A program made the position numbers and the translations under genes. A DNA stretch of 64,000 nt from a virus (Duplodnaviria; Caudoviricetes), in IMG/VR virus record IMGVR_UViG_3300033463_000056, positions 30,279 through 94,278 of that record. The stretch is one strand, 5' to 3'. How positions within the stretch are numbered: the first letter of the stretch is position 1; each line of letters opens with the position of its first letter. Below the pieces are notes generated by a model. That model saw nothing but the letters and a program-made list of their open reading frames with translations, ran no database searches and had not been told where the DNA came from. Below are positions 28,644 through 38,162 of the stretch, piece by piece.

Positions 28644-28768
28644 AAAAATTTCCCTTTTAATACGTTAACAAACATAAACAAAAGGGAAACTCGAACGACG
28701 AACACAAATGGTTCTGTTATATGGGAAAAGGAATTTGCTTTATTATCCGAATTATAGTATCTTTGAAT

Positions 28769-29158
28769 ATGATAACGCAAAACGATGAACTTATTCCGAT
28801 GCCGATATGCGGAATAGAAATCCTTGATTTTCTATTAGCATTAATTTATATCGTAATTCCTATCGCAATGTTAATAATTGCAATGAAAAGCGATATGAAT
28901 GTTGTTTTAAAGTCGATAATTGCAATAATATCGATAACGTCATGTATTTTAGCCACAAAAGAACTGATTGATTTCCTTGGAGCTTTCGAATCAGTTCATT
29001 GCAAGACCAGCTTGTTCCGTCATCCTTTAGGTGTAAGCAGAAGAACGGTTTACCAATCAATAAGAATGTTCGGGATAAACACTTTCAGTTTACCGGCGAC
29101 AATACTTACATTCCTCTCCATCGCATTTGTTATTATACGCGGATATTCCAAGGGCTAA
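28769..29158 (+). CDS. AT-rich three-TM membrane protein (moron)
   Basis: Antisense to neighbours; own TATCTTTG element immediately before the ATG. Confidence 0.6.
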   Translation: MITQNDELIPMPICGIEILDFLLALIYIVIPIAMLIIAMKSDMNVVLKSIIAIISITSCILATKELIDFLGAFESVHCKTSLFRHPLGVSRRTVYQSIRMFGINTFSLPATILTFLSIAFVIIRGYSKG

Positions 29159-32100
29159 ATTCCTCTTTTCCACTAACGCCCGCTATTTCATTTATTGCCT
29201 TTATGACGGCATCTTTCGAATGGTGCATCAGATATCGTAGATTCTTTCCTCCTTCATGCTCGAATATTTTGTCGTAGTCTGAGGATTTGAATTCCGCATT
29301 CGGGCCCATTGAATCAAATATCCCATTCTTCTGCAGGAAATATCGAAGTGCCATCAGGTCCGAATAGTTCTCGCTTGCCTCAGCGTCGTGTTCATTAACC
29401 TGTATATTCGGACGAAGAAGATACATCCAATACGGCGGAACCTTCGTATAGTCATTTCCATAATACGGAGACAAGTCCTTGTTTTTTCGAAGCGGATGAT
29501 ACCAATCATCATATCTTGTGTTAAACAAAGGATTCAAATGAGCCATTTCGTGTGCGGCAACAATGCCGGGATATAGCCCTTCGCCATATTTGTTATCTTC
29601 GGAAATCGCTTTGTCTATGATTGTTTTCCCGAGAATCGTATTTGACGTAGGAAAATCCATATAATACGGAACGAGCCCTATATTTACCTCGCCATTTCCG
29701 GACGTATACGAATCCCAAATATCCATGTCGGGATACACATACATTTCCGTTTTCAATTTCAAGTCTTTTGCCGGCAAACCAGCATCAGCCATCCTTTTCT
29801 TATATCCATCTGACGAATAGTAATTTTCAACAAAAGTTGTAGCGTCCCACGCGTCGTTCATATTGTCCGGAATTCTTACCGGTGTGTCAAGATATATAGC
29901 AGTTGTTCTTTTTGGACCGCCCTCTTCAAACTTATTCTCCTTAATTCTTTGAATCGCTTTCTTTAATTTGTCCGGTGAGTATTTCTCCATCATCCGCTTT
30001 GGAAGAATCATCGAACCACCTTCTTCGAACGCCCACTCCTGTTTAAGATAATCCTCTGGAACATCGACCTCATACCAGGTATTGCCCTTCGGATCGGTCA
30101 CTGTACGGATTTCTGCATTCTTATAGAGTTTCTTGAACTGCTTCGGAAAAGCATCATACTTCTGAAGAATCGTTTCAGCCGATTTCGGGTCCCCATCGAT
30201 AGTGTAGACCTCCTTTTTCGTAATTCCAGGTTTTAACTGAGAATGATTTTCAAGTATATTTCGCTTTTGGCCCTCAAGGTCTACTACATCTGAATATGTG
30301 TTTTGTGTCAGCCAAACAGTTTTATCATTTTCATGTCTGCGAAAAGCGATTGAGCCAAACTCCTCGTCTTTATTTGTTAAATCTTGAATTCGTTTTTCAA
30401 TATCATCGTATTTATTCTTCCATTCCTTTGAAAGCTCAGTTACGCTTCCACTCTTCGTAACATCGTTTCCGTTTACGTCGTAATATGCTTCGCCCTTACC
30501 ATATCCTTCAATCTTCGCCGCTGTTTCCCTTGTAGGATATCGCATCTTTTTCTGACCTTTTTCAGCCGCATAACGAAGATTTTCTTGAATCTGACGAGAA
30601 GTAAAATTGTCGGCAAGGTAGTCCTGCTGAGCAGCCAGTTTTGGGTTCTTTCGCATATCAAGTTCGTTAGAAAGTTCTTTCAACAACTGCTTATCCTTGT
30701 CTATTTGTTTCCTTAAAGAATCTTCGAACCACGCTGACATATCCGACCCGTCGTTCATCTTCTTAGTCCTTAGACCTTCCATCTCGCCATTTATCGAATC
30801 CCGAAGATTTTTTATCCTTCTTTCTAGAGAATTAATTCTTTTCTGGTTATACTCACCACCAAAATTCTTTTTGTCATACCGTTGCGCCCAATCACTCTGA
30901 CTTTCCATTACATGAAGCACGTCCGGTTCATCGGCTATAGTATAAGTACGAGAATGACCAAGCGTGTTTGGATCATAATGCCTCGCGGAGCCATTAGGAA
31001 TACGAGGAGAAGAGAACGTGTATGTATCCAATGTTACGCCATGCTCTTTTTTGTATAATGGCTCAAGTTGACCAATTGTATATTCGTCACCAGTTCTTGT
31101 GTCTATAAATTCACTTGGCCACTCATATTCCTTTTGATACGGCATTCTTTCACGCGCCGGCTTATAATATCCTTTTGATAACGCCCATTCTTTTATGTCC
31201 TTATCGCTTCCGCCCCAATTAAGTGCTTCTCCTCCATAATTGTCATACCTCGTATCCGGAGTCCTATCATAAGTAATCAACTCGTCCTGAACGGCCTTCC
31301 TGAATTTATTGTAGTCAATAGACTTTTGTCCGGCGAATTCCTCCGAAGAAAGCACCTTGTCAATGACAACCTGTTCCACTTTGCTTCCCTTATTGGCGAG
31401 CGCACGGACATTGTTCACATTGACTGTACCATTCTTCGATAATTGCTTTTCCAACGGATTTCCTCGCATCAGAGACTTCAGCATATATCCTCCACCAAGG
31501 TCTGCAATTTCATACGATTTCGTTGCAGCCGGAACAGCCTCCATCGTCGCCCTCGCCGCAGGCAACGCATAAGTGAAGTTCGTACTAACCCTCCCAGGAG
31601 TATTTTCAAGCATCGCACGAAAAATATCTTCGCCGAAATTCGTAGCTTCGTCAACATAATTACGCAGATATCCATAACCCCTTCCCAAGGCACCCAGACC
31701 AAGACCCATAGCAGCAGCCATGCCCAGGTCCCTTCCGACCTTTCCATATTCTCCGTTCGCAGTATCAGCGCCCATGTGCCCGAGCCAGGTTATCGCACCG
31801 GCTGGAGTAGGCGTAAGACCGACAACGGTATCAACCGTATTGAATATCTTTTGGCCAGCCCTGTTCATCGCCTCGGAAACAGGTTTCACTCCGTAAAGGT
31901 ATCCTTCAGCATATCTCCGTGCGGTCTCTTGAGAGCCGTTGAACTTTTCAGGCAATGCGGCAGTGATAACGGAAGGGTCAATAGTCCCCCCATACAAATC
32001 CGGCGTCTCCTGAAGATACTGTAGATAATCTCCGCCCAAAGGAATTACGCCATAGGGACCACCATCGTCGAAATAATTCTGCAAGAATCCTCCGTCCCCG

Positions 32101-33245
32101 TGGTGCCACTTTCTCGAATTCAGCGCGAACACAGCCATCTTCTTCTGTGCCGGTGTCCCATGAGCCTTAAACCAAGAAGCAGAATGCCCAGTGCGTTTCT
32201 TCAATGCCGTGAACTTTCCGCGATTTTCGGGCTTGATTCTAATCGGACCACCGTTCCTGCGGAAAATAGGATATTCATTCTCGAGCGTATCTATCTCCTC
32301 GAGCAATTTCTTATTCCTACCGAGCTCCTTTCCGCCAGAATATCTCTTGTAATTCTTCCGGATCATGTCCATATTCCCGGAATGGAATCCCTCCATCAAC
32401 GAAGGGAATTTCTGCAATCCCGGATTATACGAATAATCCACCAGGATACTCTGTGATTTATCACTCAACTTATCCCATTCTCCCTCCCCGTACTTCTTAT
32501 CATATACCCTCTTGGCCGCATCATAATACTTCTGGGCCAAAGTATCCGCAAATTCCGTAGCCTGCTCATCTGTGAGATATCCCTGCTTCAAAGCCAACTT
32601 CGCTTCCGGAGTACCATTGGACAGCTTGATCCCATATGCTATCGTATCAGCACCACCCTCTACAGATTTATGGGGATACCATCTACCTTCCTTCGCATTC
32701 CAACCACCTTTCGGATTCGTCTTGCTGTTCTCCACAGCCATAATCCTTCTGGCCGCATCCTTCACGGGATCGAGAATCGAAACAACGGCAGATTCTTCCA
32801 CGGTTCCGCGAGACGGGTCATACATGAAAGGAACCAATCCCCTAACCTCCGGAACCTGGACATCATACGCCAGTTCGCCGCTTCCATTCGGCAACAGATC
32901 CGGCTGGAAATACATCGGATACGCCTGCTTGTAATTCTCCGTGAAAATCTTCGCATCCGGCGTAGACATCTGTAACGTATCACCCCGATACACGGCCCTA
33001 TCATAAGCCATATCGTCATCAAACGCATGCAACCCATCACCTACGCTCTGCACGGTAGGATACACAACAGCATTCCCCTTCCCGTCATCACGATAAGCAA
33101 GACCGTGCGTAGAGAAACTTCCGTCATCGTTCACGACATACTGCCTTCTCTGGTCGAGAAGCCTTTTCACGAAATCAGCACTCGAGGTGGAATTCACCTT
33201 CTCGGCTATACGCTTCACTCTATCCGATGTATCAAATACTTTCAT
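29133..33245 (-). CDS. large multidomain virion cargo protein: lysozyme-like domain, FxxGG motifs, C-terminal HExxH peptidase
   Basis: DTIAYGIKL...LVDYSYNPGLQKFP; IRIKPENRGKFT...A.FA.N.RKW; FDDGG and two FEEGG; AAHEMAH...E. Confidence 0.7.
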   Translation of the reverse strand: MKVFDTSDRVKRIAEKVNSTSSADFVKRLLDQRRQYVVNDDGSFSTHGLAYRDDGKGNAVVYPTVQSVGDGLHAFDDDMAYDRAVYRGDTLQMSTPDAKIFTENYKQAYPMYFQPDLLPNGSGELAYDVQVPEVRGLVPFMYDPSRGTVEESAVVSILDPVKDAARRIMAVENSKTNPKGGWNAKEGRWYPHKSVEGGADTIAYGIKLSNGTPEAKLALKQGYLTDEQATEFADTLAQKYYDAAKRVYDKKYGEGEWDKLSDKSQSILVDYSYNPGLQKFPSLMEGFHSGNMDMIRKNYKRYSGGKELGRNKKLLEEIDTLENEYPIFRRNGGPIRIKPENRGKFTALKKRTGHSASWFKAHGTPAQKKMAVFALNSRKWHHGDGGFLQNYFDDGGPYGVIPLGGDYLQYLQETPDLYGGTIDPSVITAALPEKFNGSQETARRYAEGYLYGVKPVSEAMNRAGQKIFNTVDTVVGLTPTPAGAITWLGHMGADTANGEYGKVGRDLGMAAAMGLGLGALGRGYGYLRNYVDEATNFGEDIFRAMLENTPGRVSTNFTYALPAARATMEAVPAATKSYEIADLGGGYMLKSLMRGNPLEKQLSKNGTVNVNNVRALANKGSKVEQVVIDKVLSSEEFAGQKSIDYNKFRKAVQDELITYDRTPDTRYDNYGGEALNWGGSDKDIKEWALSKGYYKPARERMPYQKEYEWPSEFIDTRTGDEYTIGQLEPLYKKEHGVTLDTYTFSSPRIPNGSARHYDPNTLGHSRTYTIADEPDVLHVMESQSDWAQRYDKKNFGGEYNQKRINSLERRIKNLRDSINGEMEGLRTKKMNDGSDMSAWFEDSLRKQIDKDKQLLKELSNELDMRKNPKLAAQQDYLADNFTSRQIQENLRYAAEKGQKKMRYPTRETAAKIEGYGKGEAYYDVNGNDVTKSGSVTELSKEWKNKYDDIEKRIQDLTNKDEEFGSIAFRRHENDKTVWLTQNTYSDVVDLEGQKRNILENHSQLKPGITKKEVYTIDGDPKSAETILQKYDAFPKQFKKLYKNAEIRTVTDPKGNTWYEVDVPEDYLKQEWAFEEGGSMILPKRMMEKYSPDKLKKAIQRIKENKFEEGGPKRTTAIYLDTPVRIPDNMNDAWDATTFVENYYSSDGYKKRMADAGLPAKDLKLKTEMYVYPDMDIWDSYTSGNGEVNIGLVPYYMDFPTSNTILGKTIIDKAISEDNKYGEGLYPGIVAAHEMAHLNPLFNTRYDDWYHPLRKNKDLSPYYGNDYTKVPPYWMYLLRPNIQVNEHDAEASENYSDLMALRYFLQKNGIFDSMGPNAEFKSSDYDKIFEHEGGKNLRYLMHHSKDAVIKAINEIAGVSGKEEFSPWNIRV

Positions 33246-33576
33246 GTCGCAAATATTAACCAAATATCCTTTCAGGATACACGAGTAACAAGGTTACTTA
33301 TATCAAACAAGCCGCCCCCTTCTTCTTTTTCTGGCCATATCCCCCTACCCCTGCCTACTGTAAAAAATTTGGGCTGGGTAGCAATTTCAAGAAAACAAAC
33401 GATATGCGTTTATACGAGAAACGGACAGTATGTATTTATGCAGGAGGCTGCTATAATTTGGACCCCGTACAATATGTGTACGAGCGAAAGGTACTCCTAC
33501 TCATCCCCACCCCCAATACTTAGCGGGGTGCAGTGCCCCCGGAGTAAATATTTCTTAATTAAAACACACAATTATT

Positions 33577-34059
33577 ATGGAAAAGACCATTCTTGACCTG
33601 TTTCTTGACAAGGTGATTGTTGAACTTCGTTCCGAGCTCGCCGCTCGCCGTGAGAAGGACAAGGACGCCGACAGCGCTATGCTGAAGTTCGATGTCTTCG
33701 AAGTCCTTCGGGCTCTCGGTGCTGTTGCCGTGACCGGCTCTGTCGACATTCAGAAGGACTACGCGTGGCTCCGCGTGGAAGCGAAGCAGGAAGACGGCTT
33801 CTATCATCGCGTTCCCGATTTCAGCCAGCGCCGTCAGGCTACCAAGGCCGAGCTCGCAGAGATGAAGAAGCTCGTCGGTGAGCCCCTTGCGGAAGCCACC
33901 TGCATCGCTGGCCTGTATCAGGATACCGAAGGTGACCATTTCTCGATGAAGTGGGAGACGCTGTTCACCGCCGACGGCGAAGCCATCGCCTACAGCGGTC
34001 CGGTGCGTAAGTACCACGCCGACACCGACGCTTACGACGCTCCGGTGATGAGCGAGTAG
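33577..34059 (+). CDS. first early gene, hypothetical
   Basis: 160 aa, strongly biased codon usage, followed by a terminator. Confidence 0.7.
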   Translation: MEKTILDLFLDKVIVELRSELAARREKDKDADSAMLKFDVFEVLRALGAVAVTGSVDIQKDYAWLRVEAKQEDGFYHRVPDFSQRRQATKAELAEMKKLVGEPLAEATCIAGLYQDTEGDHFSMKWETLFTADGEAIAYSGPVRKYHADTDAYDAPVMSE

Positions 34060-34090
34060 GAGCAAGGGCCTTGTGCCCTTCTCCTTTCTT
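34058..34090 (+). terminator. rho-independent terminator
   Basis: AGGAGCAAGGGC...GCCCTTCTCCT followed by T-rich tract. Confidence 0.65.
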
Positions 34091-34706
34091 GTTTGGTTCC
34101 GAACGATTCAATAGACTTTCGCTGCCTTCACGATTCAGTAGACTTTAAGGGAAGGGGGAAAGGGGGTTAGGATTAATCCCGTGTTCCTTTTATCGATCTG
34201 ACACATCTGTTCCACTTCCATTTCTCCTTTCCCTTTCCTGTATCGTTTCTCTCGCGTGCGCGTCACGCGTTATAACCTAGCTATAATCCCATAACCTGGT
34301 TCTGTTCTTTTATCTTCTGTACTATGGATAACCTTGTTCTTTCCAATCTCGGTTCCGGTAATTTATTCTCTGCGATGACTACCGAAGACTATGCGGAGTT
34401 TCTGGAGAATTATGACTATCGGGAGCAGGATTAATTTCTGTGGGTGAGAGTGGGTATCTCTCTCCTTTCCCCTTTTCCTTCCTTGCTTTCCGTTTGCTGT
34501 TCCGTTCATCACTTCCCCCGGATTTTCCAAAACTCTGGGGGATTTGATTTTGGGTAGTCTCACGCTCTTACCGCATATTAATAGGGGAATTTTATTTTGG
34601 ATATGATATGTAGATTGAAATGGTAATCCATTTTCATTATTGGATATCTTTTATAGTCTTACTATATTTATATTCCAAAGAAATATATAAAGAAAGGTTT
34701 AAAGCC

Positions 34707-34985
34707 ATGATTGAAAACAGTAGGAAAAGTTATGATTCCGATTACATCAAGGAGAGTCGGAAGGACTATTACCTTTTGGTCGTCGATCATAAGCCGATGG
34801 GGATTTGCACGAAGTTCGAAACTGCCCAAGCGTGTGCCAAGTGTTACGCCAAAAAATACAAGGCTCGCGAGATTGACGGTGACGATGTGTACATCTTTGA
34901 GGATGGTGATGGAAAGCATCTTATTTCGATTGAGACAATCAAGAGAATCCGGATGCCTTACAGTCACGAGGAAGACCAAGAGTAA
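34707..34985 (+). CDS. hypothetical protein
   Basis: Likely start MIENSRK at 34707. Confidence 0.55.
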   Translation: MIENSRKSYDSDYIKESRKDYYLLVVDHKPMGICTKFETAQACAKCYAKKYKAREIDGDDVYIFEDGDGKHLISIETIKRIRMPYSHEEDQE

Positions 34986-34991
34986 CGTTTG

Positions 34992-35018
34992 GCCCTGAGA
35001 GAAATCTCGGGGCTTTTT
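34992..35018 (+). terminator. rho-independent terminator
   Basis: GCCCTGAGA GAAA TCTCGGGGC TTTTT. Confidence 0.8.
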
Positions 35019-35021
35019 AAT

Positions 35022-35093
35022 GACAGCCCGGGAGTCTTAAACATTGCACCTGATGAGACCGGGACGAAACGCCGTGATTGGCGTCGTGTGAAT
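35022..35093 (+). ncRNA. type I hammerhead ribozyme with loop II pseudoknot
   Basis: Core CUGAUGA (35050-56), GAAA (35066-69), GUC (35083-85); stem III ACGCC/GGCGU; stem I UUGCAC/GUGUGA; loop II CCGGG complementary to upstream CCCGG. Confidence 0.88.
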
Positions 35094-35097
35094 TTCT

Positions 35098-35130
35098 TTT
35101 GCACCTTATGTAACATTTTTGTTATATTTG
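35098..35130 (+). promoter_or_regulatory. sigma-70-type promoter with operator
   Basis: TTTG-21 nt-TATATTTG; AACATTTTTGTT at 35112-35123. Confidence 0.75.
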
Positions 35131-35304
35131 CAGTACTTCAGCTGATTAACCTATAAAAACACAATATTATGTATGCAATTACCAGAGCATTATTAGTCTC
35201 CATTATCGGGCTTTTCGTCATAATCGGATTCAGCTGTTGGTCCATAGAGCATTCGATTGATGACCTTACAGATGTATTAAGACAAATCAAAAACAAGATA
35301 AAAT

Positions 35305-36216
35305 ATGGAAGAGATTAAAACCCTTTCTTTCTTTGGCGAGAATGGTATTACTTCTACCAGCGCCAATCATGTTGCCAATCTTGCGAAGGAATATGTCCGT
35401 TCCTGCCAGGAGAAATTGGCTGCTGTCACATTCTACGATGAGAATATCAAGCTCATTGGTCAGAGTGAATCCACGCTTATTCATAGCGGTATTAACAAGA
35501 CTACGCTTGAATATCTTCCTGAGGTTGTCAAGACCATTGCCGATGCGCATTCTTTGATTGCCTGGCTCCGTGAAGCTATCAAGGAGAAAGAGCGTAAGAC
35601 GAAGGAGGCCCAGGAATGGGTGGATGAGGATGCTTGGAAGGAACTTTATGAAGAAGGTGTCAAGATCCATCTTGAGAAGCCCGTTAAGACTTCGTATCCT
35701 ACGGAAGAATCCATCCGTCAGACTTGGAGCATCGGTGAACAGGAAAAGTATCTTTCTCTTGAGGCTGAAGCCGCTGCTCTTGGTAAGTTCATCCATGAAG
35801 ACAGTCCGATGTCTAATGCCCGTATCGAGCTGATGCGCAAGATTGAGAATCCTTCATCTGTCCGTCTTAATGGTGCGGATACCATTGTTCATACTTATAC
35901 TTCTTCCGTGAATCTTGATGATGTGAATGAAGTGTTCAATTCGCTTCAGAAACGTCATCGTGAGGTTCAGGCCGAGTTGAATGGTATGAAGAAGAAGGTG
36001 GAGGATGAGATTTCCAATCGCAAGATGGAGATTGATGCTGCATATAATGCGGCTAATCGTCTGTATAACCAGATGGAATATCAGCACGACCAGAAGGTTC
36101 GCCTCTTCGAGGACGAAAGAGATTATAAGCGTACCGAGATGATGAAGCAGGTGCGCGAACTCAAGATCGTCATTCCAAATCGTCTTCGCTCCATTTATGA
36201 GATGCTGACGAAGTAG
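35305..36216 (+). CDS. long coiled-coil protein linked to a downstream structured RNA
   Basis: GITSTSANHVANLAKE...LIAWLREAIKEKE...EAEAAALGKFIH; 303 aa, predicted helical. Confidence 0.8.
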   Translation: MEEIKTLSFFGENGITSTSANHVANLAKEYVRSCQEKLAAVTFYDENIKLIGQSESTLIHSGINKTTLEYLPEVVKTIADAHSLIAWLREAIKEKERKTKEAQEWVDEDAWKELYEEGVKIHLEKPVKTSYPTEESIRQTWSIGEQEKYLSLEAEAAALGKFIHEDSPMSNARIELMRKIENPSSVRLNGADTIVHTYTSSVNLDDVNEVFNSLQKRHREVQAELNGMKKKVEDEISNRKMEIDAAYNAANRLYNQMEYQHDQKVRLFEDERDYKRTEMMKQVRELKIVIPNRLRSIYEMLTK

Positions 36217-36229
36217 TTATAATCATCTA

Positions 36230-36447
36230 AGGATAGTACTGAGTGCTTGCACGAATCTGTCCTGAATACCGGTAACGGGTGTGTAATTTTCTTAGAAAGT
36301 AAAATCAATTTCAAACATTTCTCCATTGGGGTGAATTTCCTTGTCCTATGATGGCTGACTGCCTACGGATAGCTCTCGCCCTGGATGCCTGATGGAGGTT
36401 TTTGCTCTTGATATTGCTTTCGTTTTTGCGCACATCCGTTACCGGTA
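36230..36447 (+). ncRNA. long rod-like structured RNA
   Basis: 17-bp closing stem TACCGGTAACGGGTGTG/CACATCCGTTACCGGTA plus inner stems GAAAGTAA/TTGCTTTC, ATCAA/TTGAT, TCTCCATT/GATGGAGG. Confidence 0.65.
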
Positions 36448-36458
36448 AGATGATTATT

Positions 36459-36528
36459 GGTCCAGTATATCAACGGTAGAAAGAGCGTAACAACGCTTTT
36501 GTCGCTGGTTCGACTCCAGCCTGGACCA
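36459..36528 (+). tRNA. tRNA-like element with non-canonical 6-nt anticodon loop
   Basis: Acceptor GGTCCAG/CTGGACC-A; T-arm GCTGG TTCGACT CCAGC; anticodon stem GAGCG/CGCTT with loop TAACAA. Confidence 0.7.
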
Positions 36529-36807
36529 CCTCGTCTGGGTGAACATCTTACAAACCACATGTCGTGGAGGGGATTGTTCTGAAATTATAAGAGACCAGAG
36601 CAAGGCTGTCAGTGAAGGGCAGTCAGGGAAGTTGTGAACCCAACGGAAGACCAGGATCTACATTCATAGAATTGTCCTGGTCTTTATCTTTTAAGGTGCG
36701 ATTCCGCTGTGAAGTGCATTTGAGGTAAATTTTTTTTTGTTGTTTTCATTCGTTTGTTCCGCCTCTCGCACCTTTCTTTTGAATATTAACTTTTAATCCA
36801 TAGTACA

Positions 36808-36996
36808 ATGAAAAAGAACAACAAAGTACGGAAGACTCGTCCTTATGACGGTCTCGTAAGACAGCTTAACAAGGAGACTCTGGTTCTCTGTAATCTCGCT
36901 AACTTCGAAGGCTTCAAGAAAGCTCTCGATAATCGGAATATCGAGTATGAACTCGGTGATTTCTACAAGGATGGTATAATCGTGGTGAAGAAATGA
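36808..36996 (+). CDS. hypothetical protein
   Basis: 62-aa ORF with AT-rich leader. Confidence 0.6.
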   Translation: MKKNNKVRKTRPYDGLVRQLNKETLVLCNLANFEGFKKALDNRNIEYELGDFYKDGIIVVKK

Positions 36997-37080
36997 AAAT
37001 CCTCATTATGATTATCCTCATTGCCTTGCTCGTGGTGTGCGAGGTGATGACCGCGTGGAGCGTATTCAACGACAAGTAAT

Positions 37081-37470
37081 ATGCCTGTTTACGAAGACGA
37101 AAAAAATCCTATGCGAATCCCTGACCTGTCCCCGATGTATGAGGCGGTCAGGGATCTCGTTAAGGAGAATCAGGGAGATAAGGGATACATTGATTGTCAA
37201 CCTTCTCTTGGATGTGACATCATCTATGGTATGATGTACGATGATGATTATGGTGCAGGAACAGAGCAATATGTATATGGCGTCAGAGTCATTGATGATG
37301 AGCTTGAAGTATTGCTTGAACCGATTATGCGAACTTATCGTGTAGTATATAAGGACGAGGACTTCATGAATTCTGACAATGAAAACAAATGGTATTCTCT
37401 CAGATGGAGTGATGTCTATTATGTTCCAACTATCTTTAATATCGCCGAGTGTATTCAAGAATATGTTTAG
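37081..37470 (+). CDS. hypothetical acidic protein
   Basis: ORF in the early operon. Confidence 0.6.
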   Translation: MPVYEDEKNPMRIPDLSPMYEAVRDLVKENQGDKGYIDCQPSLGCDIIYGMMYDDDYGAGTEQYVYGVRVIDDELEVLLEPIMRTYRVVYKDEDFMNSDNENKWYSLRWSDVYYVPTIFNIAECIQEYV

Positions 37471-37472
37471 TT

Positions 37473-37940
37473 ATGCATTTCCCAATAATTGAAATCAATT
37501 CAGAAAACTACAAGGACGAGCATTTCTCCATTTACGATGATCCTACGCTCGAGTATTATACCGATTATTACGGCGAAGAATACAATAGCGAAGAACGGAT
37601 GAGACTTCTTGAATCAGAATGGTTCAATGAGATGTTCGATGGTATCGGAAAGGTAATACCGGAGAAAGGAATCATTCAACTTTTTGATGAAGATACTATC
37701 CGCAGGACGCTGGATTCGTATTTTCTTGATGTCGTTGAAGAAATTGCCAGACACGTGGATGATGATAGGATTTGGAGAAAATTCTATGCCATCCGGAATG
37801 CTGGTAGCGAATACAAACATTGCTCCGCATTGTTCTTTTATAATGGCAGCGGTCATACTTCTATGCAATTTATGGAAGATGTTATTTACAGCGCCGGAGA
37901 ACAAATGTATATTGGACAAATCTATGATGCCCATTATTAG
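37473..37940 (+). CDS. hypothetical protein
   Basis: Likely start MHFPIIE; ends YIGQIYDAHY. Confidence 0.6.
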   Translation: MHFPIIEINSENYKDEHFSIYDDPTLEYYTDYYGEEYNSEERMRLLESEWFNEMFDGIGKVIPEKGIIQLFDEDTIRRTLDSYFLDVVEEIARHVDDDRIWRKFYAIRNAGSEYKHCSALFFYNGSGHTSMQFMEDVIYSAGEQMYIGQIYDAHY

Positions 37941-38119
37941 TCATGACTAAAGAACAGAAAAAGGAACTGGCAAAGGAGATGATTCAGAATATGGATCTGA
38001 CTAAGGAACAGTATATTGAGATGTGCAGGATGATAGATGAGTTACATTTAGTTCCGAAAGGTGATGAGCCTCTCGATCCGGAAGAAATGGATTGGGATGA
38101 TATTCTCGAAGAAAACTGA

Positions 38120-38157
38120 AACATTTTTGTTTTAGTCTCTGATTTTCACTATCTTTG
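38120..38157 (+). promoter_or_regulatory. sigma-70-type promoter with operator over the -33 element
   Basis: TTTG-20 nt-TATCTTTG; AACATTTTTGTT at 38120-38131; ATG at 38163. Confidence 0.75.
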
Positions 38158-38162
38158 TGTAT

